From assembly GCA_965287045.1 (NCBI GenBank), contig OZ336882.1:57350001-57414000 (forward strand): a DNA stretch of 64,000 nucleotides, read 5' to 3'. Origin of the DNA: Carcharhinus amblyrhynchos (Eukaryota). Below are positions 35,701 through 47,349 of this stretch, in pieces. The translations under genes and the position numbers were made by a program. Each line of letters begins with the position of its first letter. The stretch's first letter is position 1. The notes under the pieces were generated by a model. It was given only the letters and a program-made list of their open reading frames with translations. It searched no databases and was not told the DNA's origin.

Positions 35701-38700
35701 CGTGTAATTTACTTTTTTATGTAGTGCAGCACTCTGGAAATTGTCCAACATGAAACTGTACTGGTCTTGCAGTAGTTTAACACTTTTTGCCAGTTAAACT
35801 CTGATTTCTAAAATAAATTTTGGATTTCTTAAATTCATTGCCCAACTAAAGAAAGTACTCAGTTCTGCATGGGATAGTTGACCTATATTCAGACTTAAGA
35901 AAAGTGGAATCAAGTCTACCAAGTAGCAAAGCTGCCTGTTTTGCTCCATGCCAGTGGTTGAATTCTTCTGAAAGGCCTTTGCTATGTAGAAGTGAAGAAA
36001 TTTAAAGCCATCTGACCTGTTCAGAGTATTAAAAACTTAAAAACTGTCCCAGATGCCACTGCAATACGATTTATCTCTGCCACATCTGAACCCGTTGAGA
36101 GAGGTGATTGAATTTATTTGTACCCACATCCCCAAGAATATTTGCTGTTACGTAGATTAGTTTTGCATGTTCAGAATAATTTTAACATTGTAAAATTGAC
36201 TTAAATTTGTTGAAACATGACACATTTCTTCAAACAATTGGTGAATTTGGCATTCAGCTCAAAGACTTGGGAAATATGAAAGATGAGAAGGTGATGAAGC
36301 AAAAACAACGGAGATGTATTATATGAGCAACTAAAATGAGAGGGAAAAGATAACCTGGTAAAGGACAATTATAACAACAAATGAAAGAAAAGGGAAAAGG
36401 AATGCAAAAGCCAAGGACACATTTTAAAAATGTGATCTTTTTTTCTGGGAATAAACTAAGATTGTTGATTAGTACGTGGTAACTTGCAAAACTCACTAGA
36501 AAAATGTTGAATCTGATGGCTAAAAACAGACTGTAATCATTTTCAAATCTGGCTTTTAAAATAAATACTTCAACTCGAGGGTAAAATCTTCTGGACAAGT
36601 TGAGCAGAGCACTGTGGGTGTATCTGCACTACATGGACTGCAGCTTTGAAGAAAGCAAGGCAGTTAGGGGTGGGCAACAAATCCTGGCCTAGCCAGTGAT
36701 GTCCATGAATACATTTGAAAAATGTTCTCAAGAATCATTCTCTCTCAGCCTCTGACTGGAGATAAATGGATAATTTTTTCACTCCTGACACCCTGATCCT
36801 TGGAAAATGGAACTGGTATATACTGGTATCTAAATTTTTTTTCCTGTCTTATGTTGCCTTCTCGTTCTCTATTCTCCATCACATTCCTGCTGATCAATGT
36901 GGTATTCACAAACCTAGTGAATTTTTGTTAACTAAAGCACTATAATTTTAAAATAACTGACAAATTGTTTGACAGTTGGGAGTAAAAATATGGCACTCCT
37001 TTAGAGATATCAGTTCAAGGATGTAGATTTTCTTGTTGCAATGCTTCAATGTAAGGAAGCACACTGAAATTCAGTGATTTAAACATTGACACTTTCCACC
37101 AATATTAATTCAAATATTTCCAGCTGAGGCGGTGTTAATTTTGGGACGGTATCATTTTAGAATATTAGTGCATCAAGTACAATAATCCACATACTGTATT
37201 TAGCTTCTAAGAACATCTGAACTGATAGAGAGTATTAGAATCCCTGCTATCATTGAAAGGTGAGCCCCCTCATTCTCTTCCTTTTTGAGATCCACAGTTT
37301 GAGCTATCTTGGGGTATATAGACAAGGAAACTGGTAGAATGTATAGGTTATGAAATATATATTCAGTTCTTTTCTTCACATGAATCAACATTGTAGCAGG
37401 CTACTACGTGTCTGCTGCGTTCCTTTCACAAAGAAAATGGTTGAGCTTAAGAGTCCTGCTTTGTGTGTTTGAAGTACCTTCAGTCAACATATGGGAAAAC
37501 AGTGAGTTTGCATCAGGGTGGTCTCTAAACATGGAAGTCCCTTAATGAGATGACGTGATTGGCAAAATAAATTTACCATGTGGGCAATGACATGGATAAA
37601 CAGCCGTATGGAGGGAAAACTTCATTTGAAGAATGAAGTTGACTGCATTTGGGGTGAGTAATACTTAAGTTTTATAAGATCGCACAATTTATATTTGATT
37701 CTTGTGATATTAAATATCTGTCCCACAAATAATTAAAAATCTACTTGTCACGGAAAACACCATGTTTAGGATAGTGATTATTTCTTTTGTTACTTTTTAA
37801 TTGTTTTCAGGAAATCTGGTTATTTACATAATGTATACTGTGTATGTAGTTTTCCTTTCATCCCAGGATTTCAAAGCTAGAGGGAGTTTTTGGAGAGGAA
37901 AATAAACAGTACACCATAAGTTGCTAGGATGTTAAAAGATGAATAGTCATTTGATAAATGACAACTTAGTTGGTGAGGAATTGAACACAGGAGGAGATTG
38001 AAAGCTGCAGCAGATGAGAGAGAATTCTAGTTAGAAATAGTCAGAAAAAAGCAATGGAGAATGAGTCACAGCCATGGACAGTATGGTTTTAATTTAAAAG
38101 TAAGCATGGAAAAGCTGATAGTTGCCTTGCCCGAGGTAGTTGCAGTTGCACAAAATGGTATTATTTGTCCAGACTATAGATTACGAGCAACCAAAAGCTG
38201 AATAATTCACTCATACTGACTGCTTTGAGTTTATTGTCCCCTTTTCTTCCCTCTAATTCTATCTGCCTGGAAGTGTACAACTGGTTTTCCTCTTTTTAGG
38301 GAGGAAAAAACATCCAGCTCGTATATGGGTTTTAGTCTTATTCCACTTTACTCTGGTCCTGTACATGTTTCAATTGATTGGCTGTTTTTTTAATAAAATG
38401 ATTCAGTCGATGTCAATGCCCAGTAAAACTACAGCTGTTACACAGGTGTAATCTTCCAATGTCCCCAAAGGTTAAATATGCCATGTAGTGTGGTACTAAG
38501 CCGAACAGATACTGAGCTGTTTTTTGTTTCTGAAAGGTGATTTTTTTTTTTGGGTTAGGGAATTGAGAGTTTTGGATCAAATGTACATTAGCTGATACAC
38601 AATTTGATGTTTGTGAGCTAATAAAATGATAGAACACACTTGAGGCGCTGGATAATCTGTACGGAATGGATTTGCAACTTTCCCCAACTTTGGAGGTGTG

Positions 38701-40493
38701 CTCCTTCATCCCTAGTTCCAAAAATTCAAAGATAAAGGACAGAAAAGTATAAAGCCTGTTCCTTAATGTTATGGTACAATGTAATTGCACTGTGGATCTC
38801 ACTAGACACTTCAACTCAGTTTTTTTCTGATTCTGATAAATCTTTTTTTTTTAAATAGGAAACTGGTCATGTTTGACAAGGACAGTTCATTCACTTGCAG
38901 TATTCAAAGGGGTTGCTTCATATTGCAAGAAAATGATTTATCTGGTGCTGTCAACTTCAGAAATTAGGCTTGAAGTCTTAGAAAATTTTCTTTTGTATTA
39001 AGAAAGCTCAAGATTTTACATGTGCAACCTTTTCTCTTACAAACAGAATGTGCTTGCCTATTAATGGGTTTTACATCCTTTCAGCCTCAAGGAAAAATTT
39101 GGTGGGGGAAATGTTGAGGATTCAAATAGCACATCCAGCTTTAGATCAATAGTTTATTTAGAGGGTGATGTTTCAGATCAGAATGAGCATTATGCAGAAA
39201 ATTGCTGAAACTCATTTTAAAGGTAGTACAGACTGTTCTGTTTGTCCATTATGGCAACCCCACTTTGTCCACATTTGTACATATCCATTTTTGGTTTATC
39301 CAATAAGCACCTTCTTTCCCCACCCCATCACCTCAGCAAGATGTTGCATTTGTGACAGTCTTGCTGTTGGTAAGGTTACGAAGAATAGCATATTTGTGGA
39401 TTTGCATAAATCCAAAGTGAAATTAGCATGGTGAATGATTTTTGCTGCTGGTATTCCATTGCTATTATTGGACATTGTTTTGCAGGTGTTCAACCGGTTA
39501 AACAATTGTAATGTTAGTTTGAGGTCAATACAGATATTACGTTGATTCTGGGCTGATGTCATTAGCATTGAGTGGAAAGCTCCTCAGATATTCTTTCTTT
39601 ATCCTTGATTCCCTGCTGGTTTTATGTTGTCGTATCCTTCCTGAAGGCCTTAACTTCTAATTTGGGTACAGCTCCTTAGTCTCTGGCCAGGTTATTTTCC
39701 TCTATTCTTGGCGTATAATGGTGAGTGACGTCTGGGATTGGGATTGTATTTATGGTTGATTATCACAGGCTTGGATTGTGGAAACTGATTCAAATACACT
39801 TTGCATCTGTAAGTTCAGCAAACTGTTTGAACCTTATACTTCCTGGCCCCACAGCTTAGTTAATTGGGTCTTAGATATATTTTGTTATAGGATAGCCATT
39901 AGCCAAAAGTAGTAATTGTATTATCTCCCGTGCCATGACCTGATAATGCATGTTTAGTTCAAGATTGTATAATTTCAGGGATGATAAAACAATTGTATGG
40001 CCTAGATTAGAGTAATGTAGCTAGATTTTGCTGATCAAGGAACAATGTAAATGTTACAACTACTAGTTTTATCCTCTCAAAAATATTGGGGTATTTATGG
40101 AGGATACATAAACAAAACAGGGAAGAACATATGACCAGTGTAATACAAACTGTTGAAAAAGACAGTGGCTGAGTGTTTGCATCTTTAATTGTGGTATACG
40201 GAGATTGAACAACATGCTCAGAATGAGGAAGTATAGCCAAATATTCAGATTAATCATACACAGTGTATATTATTAAATAACAGGTTCTGACTTAATCCTG
40301 AGATTTAAAAGACATTTATAAACCAATATTTCCTCCAGTATTGTTGCTGGGCACTCATTCAGTTATTTTCTATATCATACAGTATCTTTGCTTCTTACTA
40401 TACTGGTAAAGATTTGCAACTGTTGTACAAATAGCACAATATGATTTTAGCATAGATATAAAATTTATTGTGATTTTGTTTTCCCTTATTCAG

Positions 40494-40555
40494 GATTGGA
40501 ACCAGCATAAAAACGAACCAGCACATAAACGGCGTTGCTTGCTGCTTTTGGAAAT
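40494..40555 (+). CDS. MATR3: Matrin-3 coding exon 2 (ZnF1 C-half, DWNQHKNEPAHKRRCLLLLEI)
   Basis: ttattcAG acceptor, AT|GTATGC donor, 62 nt. Completes the C2H2 finger and matches human [21 protein letters not shown]. Confidence 0.93.
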
Positions 40556-41149
40556 GTATGCAGTTCTTCTCAATTTACTATGAAAAGATTAGCTTAAAAT
40601 TGTTTTTAAATTGGATCCCAAGTTTATGTAGGATATGTGAGTAGTACATGCAATATTGAATGTAAGAATATTTGACAATTTTCATTTTGATTTCCTTTGG
40701 AAAGTCTGATTTCATTTTAATAGCTTTAATTACATGAGCATATTGGAAATGTTACTGTTAGATGCATTGAATAAATTGAGAAAGAACTTTTTGTTGGTAA
40801 TGGGAAATGGAACTGGAGGGGAATATGTTTGTCATCATTTTCAACTAGGTGCCCAGATGTCAAGTGATGAAAGAATAATATCCCCTTTTTTGAAAGGATG
40901 AGAGCCAGTTCCTGGTCTCCAGTTGTGCCTTTCTTAGCTTTATCTAGCAGCTCAAGAAAGAGAATTGCAAATCAGAGCCATTATCCGTTTCATTCCAATG
41001 GCTATTATACTTAAAAACAGAAAATACTGGAAAATTTCAGAGGGTCCAATAACATCTATAGAGAGAGAACAGAGCTAATGTTTCAAGTATGAATGATTCT
41101 GAGCTATTATAACTCCTTTATATGTGATGCTTAAAAATAGCACTTTTCT

Positions 41150-41750
41150 ATTTTCTTTAATTCACAAGATGTGAGCTTTGTTAGGCAAGGCCAGTACTTA
41201 TTGCCCTTGATAAGGTGATGAACTGCATTTTTGAACCATTGCAGTTGATATTCCTAACAATGCTATTCGTTGAAGAGTTCTCAAATTTTGACCCAGCAAG
41301 AACAATGCAGTAGCATAAAATTTCTGAACCAGAATGGTGGGGAAATTGGAGGTGATGTTTCCGTGCATTCCTGGTCCTTTTCCTTTTAAATTGAAGAGAT
41401 TTTGAAGAAGTCTTTGCATGTTGCTGGAGGGGACAGTATGCTGTGCAACCATGGTAACTGATGGTGGAGGGAGGGAATGTTTAAGGGGGTGGTCAGGTGC
41501 TAATCAAACAAGCTACTTTGTCCTGTATGGTGGCAAGCTTTTTGAGTATTGTTGGAGCTGCAGCTACCCAGATAAACGAGGCAAGTATTCCATTATGCAC
41601 TTGTTCTTATAGGTGTTAGACAGGCTTTGGGAAGTCAGGAAGTGAATTGGTCACCACAAAATACCCAGCCTCGGACCTGCTCACCTAACCACAATATTTA
41701 AATGGCTAGTCCAGTTAAATTTTTGGTCAACCTCCAGGATGTTTTGGGAT
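41150..41750 (-). mobile_element. Old CR1-like LINE 3' fragment (related pieces at 830-1210 -, 36600-36720 +)
   Basis: Shared 3' end gggcaataa..ctggcct.gcc..ga.g.cca and related internal motifs. Confidence 0.55.
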
Positions 41751-41844
41751 TTACAGGAATTTGCTCCAAATACAACAACACAAGATTTTTATAATCATTA
41801 TAGTCAGTTTTGTATATCGGGATGGCAAGTCAGTTTTGTATATA

Positions 41845-42157
41845 GGGATGGCACAGTGATTAGCACTGCTGTCTCAGCGCCAGGGACCTTGGTTTGATTC
41901 CCAGCTTGGATCACTGTCTGTGTGGAGTTTGTCCATTCTGCTTGAGTCTGCATAGGTTTCCTCCGGGTGCTCTGGTTTCCTCCCACAATCCAAAGATGTG
42001 CGAGTTTGGCTGATTGGCCATGGTAAATTGCCCCTCAATGTCAGGGGGACTCATAAGGTAAATATGTGGGGTGACAGGGATAGGGGCTGGGTGGGGTTGA
42101 GGTCAGTGCAGATTTGATGGGCCAAATAGCCTCCCCATGCACTGAAGGGATTCTATG
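41845..42157 (+). mobile_element. HE1-like V-SINE (CR1-type tail)
   Basis: Full head, V-domain and ..gggattctatg tail. Confidence 0.87.
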
Positions 42158-42293
42158 AAATAATATTCAACCTGAAATCCCAAGAAATGGATACAGTTCT
42201 TTGGACTTGTGTGTATTTTCATTATTGATCATTGTTAATGGAATGGTGGATATTGGTATTGTGTGTGTAACAAGTTCTTATTTTTATTTCTAG

Positions 42294-42332
42294 TTACCCA
42301 CAATGGGTTCCAGAGGATGTACCATCCACAAG
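42294..42332 (+). CDS. MATR3: Matrin-3 coding exon 3 (YPQWVPEDVPSTR)
   Basis: ttttatttctAG acceptor, AAG|GTAAAA donor, 39 nt, phase 2-2. YPxW matches matrin-3 YPEW. Confidence 0.9.
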
Positions 42333-42369
42333 GTAAAATCAAGCTACTTCTAGTAATAGTTGGTAATTA

Positions 42370-43125
42370 GGCTAAGTCTTTGATTTGGCTTATTGTCATA
42401 TGCATTAGTATACATTGAAAAATATTGTTTCTTGCACTCTATAGACAAAGCATACCATACATAGAGAAGGAAAGAAGACAGTGCAGAATATAGTTGTATG
42501 GTCATAGGTAGGGTGTAGAGAAAGATCAATTTAATGCAAGGTAGTTCCATTCAAAAGTCTGGTAGCAGGGAAGAAGCTGTTCTTGAGTCAATTGGTACGT
42601 GTCCTCAGACTTTTGTATCTGTTTCCTGATGGAAGAAGGTGGAAGAGAGTGTGTTCTGGGTGCATGGGTTCCTTAATTATGCTGGCTGCTTTTCTGAGAC
42701 AGGAGGAAGTGTAGACAGTGTCAGTGGGTGGAAGGTTGGCTTGAGTGATGGACTGGGCTTCATTCACGACCCTTTGTAGTTTCTTGTGATCTTGGACAGA
42801 GCAGAAGCTGTACCAAGCTGTGATACAACCAGAAAGAATGCTTTCTATGGTGCACCTGTAAAGGTTGGTAAGAGTTGTAGAGGACATGCCAAATTTCCAG
42901 AGCCGTCTTAGAAAGTAGAGGCGTTGGTGAGCTTCCTTAACAATAGCATCGGCATGAATGGGCCAGGATAGGTTGGTGATCTGGATACCAAAATACTTCA
43001 AGCTCTCAACCGTTTCCACTTCTTCGCCATTGATGTAGACAGGGGCATGTCCTCCATTACACTTCCTGCAATCGATGAATATCTCCTTCGTTTTGTTGAC
43101 ATTGAAGAACGGTTGTCATTACACC
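42370..43125 (-). mobile_element. Rex1/Babar-type LINE 3' fragment
   Basis: VESLKYFG..LSW..H...IVK.AHQRLYFLRRL.KFG..LYRCTIESIL..CITAWY, plus 3' UTR ending ..tgacaataag..aaatcaaa. Confidence 0.8.
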
Positions 43126-43993
43126 AGGAGGTCATTGAAGAGGTCGTTCCATGTGTTATTAAAATATTGAAGTGGCTGCAGTTTTCTTTCCTCTTATCAC
43201 AAAAGTATGTTTTCTTCCAAAGGCACCGTAGTAATAAAAGGCTGTTTGCCGCTACTGCAACTACAGATGGCATGCTCAGTACACATGCAATCGCAGCTCA
43301 GCCATTGTTTTGAATAAAAAAATGCTTGGATGCCTGCCGATCACTCGCTGCCTTGCTTGCTGTTATTGAAAAGCTTTTGTACACCAATTACACCAATCTG
43401 CACCAATTGGTAGCATAGAAACAGGCCATTTAGCCTAACCAGCATGTGCCAGCATTTCTGCTCCTTCTCTAAATCTATCATTGTAACTCCATTATTATCT
43501 CTCTCATCTAGCCTCCTCTTAACTGCATCTATATTTATCCTGATCATTCCATGTTGTAGCAAGTTCGACTTCTGAATTTCCTATTAGATTTTTTTGACTA
43601 TCATATTAAACACCTTTATGCTTTTTCATGCTGATGTAAGCATTCTGTGTCCCTTCCAACAAAACACTCATAATTTTAAAGATCTCTATTGTTAGATCAC
43701 CCATCTGCATGGAACTTAAATGATAATTTAAAACCATGTATAAACCAAGCTTAAAAATAACTTGAAAAATGGCCTGGATGCCTGATGTAAACTCTGCTTC
43801 TGCCACGCAGCTTAGTCTCTGACTGTGCAACTTTGGAGATGATAATGTACTCGTTCTGCTGAATGGCTATAAATACCCTTAATTTGATTTGTATTGCTAA
43901 TACATGGTTTTGAGAAGGATATGTTGCAAGTAATAATTGGTAAATTGAATCTATTTGCATATTTAATTTGCTTTTCTTTTGGGCTCCATGTAG

Positions 43994-44091
43994 GTCCAAT
44001 CCATCTGCACGACAGGCCAACATTGCTCCAGATGCTGCATCAGCACTCCTTGCAGCCATCAGACAGTTAGATGCACTGGATCCTCATGGAG
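43994..44091 (+). CDS. MATR3: Matrin-3 coding exon 4 (SNPSARQANIAPDAASALLAAIRQLDALDPHG)
   Basis: Acceptor after pyrimidine tract (AG 43992-43993), donor GAG|GTTGGG, 98 nt. Phases 2 to 1 fit neighbours; sequence is divergent from human. Confidence 0.75.
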
Positions 44092-45178
44092 GTTGGGATA
44101 AAATGATTTTGACTGCTAATTATAATGACAGATTAAACTGTTATTTCTTGTGTGTGCTTGTCATATTGTTCACAGTTGTTTCACTGCATTGCACATTAAA
44201 ACAACCTTCCAAGCATCTACCAGTAACATTAAACTGGCAGCTGTCAAGATGCCGAAGAGTTGACCCAGCATTAACTCTCTGCCACATATAGCTTTGCTCA
44301 CTGTACCTGATAATTTTCTCTTTTTTAAGAAAAAACAATCCAAATGCCATCAATGGAAAGCGCATTCCATTCCTTATAACCCATAGCGTTTAGTTTGTTA
44401 TAGGCAAGTTTTTCCTTTGGAACATAGACTTGGTTGCCAATGTGGCATTGGTGAGCTTGGCATGTTTGAAAACTATGCTCTTTAATTCAGGTGAATTTGC
44501 CAGGTTTACTCTGTAACATGATTTTCTCTCTGGTTTCACCCCCTAAATTCATTAAACAAATTTGAGCCTTGTCAAAATTTGATCAATTTATGGCATTTCC
44601 TTGCATATCTAATGCATTCCATGCAAACGTACAGGAATACAATGCTGGCTTCTTGAGGATGAGTTAATAAGTTATTGACAAGGTAGCTACTTGAGGCGGT
44701 TATTTCCACCATATTATTATATCATTGTAAAGTATAAATGCAGCCTTATTTTTATACTGGTATGTTGCTGAATTATTACCTTCACCACTAAAAGGTTGTT
44801 GGATATAGATTTACCTGAAAATGAGATCGAGCTTTAAATAAAAAGATTTCCTTTTTCATCTTCGTAGTTACAGATTTTTAGTCTGACAGAGAAAAGTCTC
44901 GAGTAAGAGCTGCGTAATTGTCGTAAATGTTGAGTTAACAAAATGTGGTGGAGGTAAGCACTCTACTCAGTGCCCTCTTCACTTGTTGAGACTAGAATCC
45001 TTGGTTTTGATATCTGACTCTTGAGCTGTATTAATTGTTTGAAAATGGGAGGTGCTAGCTGTTACGTGTTAGATTATATTTAAATTAATTTCCTGTTGAA
45101 AAATAAAAGATTGAATGCCTTGCCTTATGGAAGTAATTGTATTTTATCAGAGCTTATGATATGTTTTGTGTTTTTCAG

Positions 45179-45216
45179 GCAACAGAAAAGGTCAAATGCA
45201 AAACAAACGAAATATG
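45179..45216 (+). CDS. MATR3: Matrin-3 coding exon 5 (GNRKGQMQNKRNM)
   Basis: ttttgtgtttttcAG acceptor, ATG|GTTAGT donor, 38 nt. Phases 1 to 0 restore the frame. Confidence 0.78.
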
Positions 45217-46400
45217 GTTAGTTTTTGTTTTATTACAGTATGAATAATGTCAGGCCAAAATACCTACCAGGTCTTCTAGGCAATATTAGCACGGTTGGGG
45301 GAAACTTTCTCTAGTTCGAGACTAAATTATGGATATGTTTTTAAAAATGAAAAAGATTAAAATAAGACATAGATGGTGAGAACATCCAGTGAAACAAAGA
45401 TCATGGCTTAAATGTATTAATACAAACAATTTTGTCATTTTTGGTAGAAAAACAGGAATTTTTCTGGGTTAGTGGGTTCATTTATGTCTTCATGCTATTT
45501 TCTGCCGTGTATTACCCAGAATCCAAGCAAACATTTGCACATCTTACTGTTCCATAATATTTACTTAACAGGTCCATGCCAATGTATATGTTCCACCAAA
45601 CCTCCACCCACCCTTCATTTACCTCTACTAACATTACCTTTCCTTTCTGCCTTGTGTAATTTATCACATTTCCCTTTAAGTGCATCTGTGCTATTCACTC
45701 ACCTCAGCTACTCATTCTGGTATTGGGTTTCATTCTCTGGATTAAAAGGATTAGTAAGTTTTCTTGCATTAATTAAGATTTCCCTGTAATAGGGTAGACA
45801 AAGAAGTGTTTCCAATCAGGTAGGTGTAATCAAAGTACCCAAACTGGCATTGTTGACATTTTAGATAAGTTCAACCCTAAGCAGCTCAATGTTTCGTATT
45901 TTGTCCATGATCCATTGGAAAAGTCAAAACTCAACAGTTTATTGGCATAGTACCCACTTGAGACAGTTCACGTTCTCATGTATTGTCCTAAAACTCTCTT
46001 GAAAGTCACCAGGCTGCATGAGGAGATTAATAATGGCTACATTGAGCAAATTGGTTTGGCATTATTAGCATGAGACAGTTGTTTTGAGAATTGTAGAGCT
46101 TACAAACCGAATGTGCCCTGGTGTCAAATATATTTCATTTCACCCATTTTAACCTATTAACATTGCCAAATGTCAATATTTAAAAGGAAAGTATGAAAAA
46201 AGCTTTTAAAATTCTTCTATACTTATAATAATCTTCAAATGAAAAGCTATTGCTGCCAAGTTATGTTAAAACAGCATTATTTCTCATTTCTCCTGCCTAG
46301 TGAGGTTAAGAATTGAGGGAAAATGCACTTCTGAAGTTTACTTCCCAATGAAATAGCTTGTGCGCTCAAATAAGCGATTATATTGTTTTTCTTTGAAAAG

Positions 46401-46535
46401 CCATTGGATGAACCTGGCCGAGTGCTACATATGACAGAATTACCGAAAGGAAAATGCAAAGTGAAAGATATCCTCAAACTTGCACAACCTTTTGGAATCA
46501 TTACAAAGTATTTACTTTTAAATACCAAGAGTGAG
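46401..46535 (+). CDS. MATR3: Matrin-3 coding exon 6 (RRM1 N-half)
   Basis: PLDEPGRVLHMTELPKG...LKLAQPFGIITKYLLLNTKSE. AG 46399-46400, GAG|GTGAGT, 135 nt. Confidence 0.93.
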
Positions 46536-46824
46536 GTGAGTAAAATAAATGCCTTTTCTATAAAGAGAAATTAGCAAACCAAATTTAGCCCAAATATGCT
46601 GTAACTGAGGGATGATGGTAACCTGACCCTTGGTTATTTTGTGTCACAGGTGTATTAAAGCTTCTTTTTTAAAGATGCATATAATTTTGAATTGCTCACC
46701 GTTAATTTGTGAATTTCACTTCTGTCTTTTGGTTTGCATTTTTTTGTTGTTGTACTTCTAGCATATAACTTTTGATAGCATAGTTAGTCATAAATATATA
46801 CTTTGCCTTTAAAAATCAATTTAG

Positions 46825-46956
46825 GGATTTGTGGAAATGGCTACAAATGCACAAGCACAAACAGCAGTCGCCTTTTACAGTATGAAACCAGCAACTCTTT
46901 ATGGCAAGAGGGTTCGAGTGGATATGTCTCACAAATACAAGGAGATAGATTTGAAG
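46825..46956 (+). CDS. MATR3: Matrin-3 coding exon 7 (RRM1 C-half)
   Basis: GFVEMATNAQAQTAVAFY...YGKRVRVDMSHKYKEIDLK. AG 46823-46824, AAG|GTAACT, 132 nt. Confidence 0.94.
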
Positions 46957-47349
46957 GTAACTAAACTTGAAAATCTGTTAGTAAGGACTTCATGTATGTT
47001 TTTCCCCCAGTGTTTACTATCATTAAAGCATAAAAAAGGTGTAAATTCTACCCTTAATGCTGATTTTCCCCTGCCCCTCCTCCCCTTCCTCCCTCTGGCT
47101 GACAGTGATTGAAAGCTAAATATTGAAAACAGAAATTTCAGCATGACATTGGTGCTTTCATTAATTCTTGCAATTGTATGAGTTGGATTTCAGGTTGGAG
47201 ACTTCCCAACCACTTTGTTGCATTATTGTGCACTTGTCTGGGCTTACCTAGAAAAATTGATACTTTTCTCAGCTGTACACCACAAAGGCCTATCAATGCC
47301 CATTTAGTGCCCAGTTGAATACTTTGTTCCAGGAGGCAGACATATTCCA

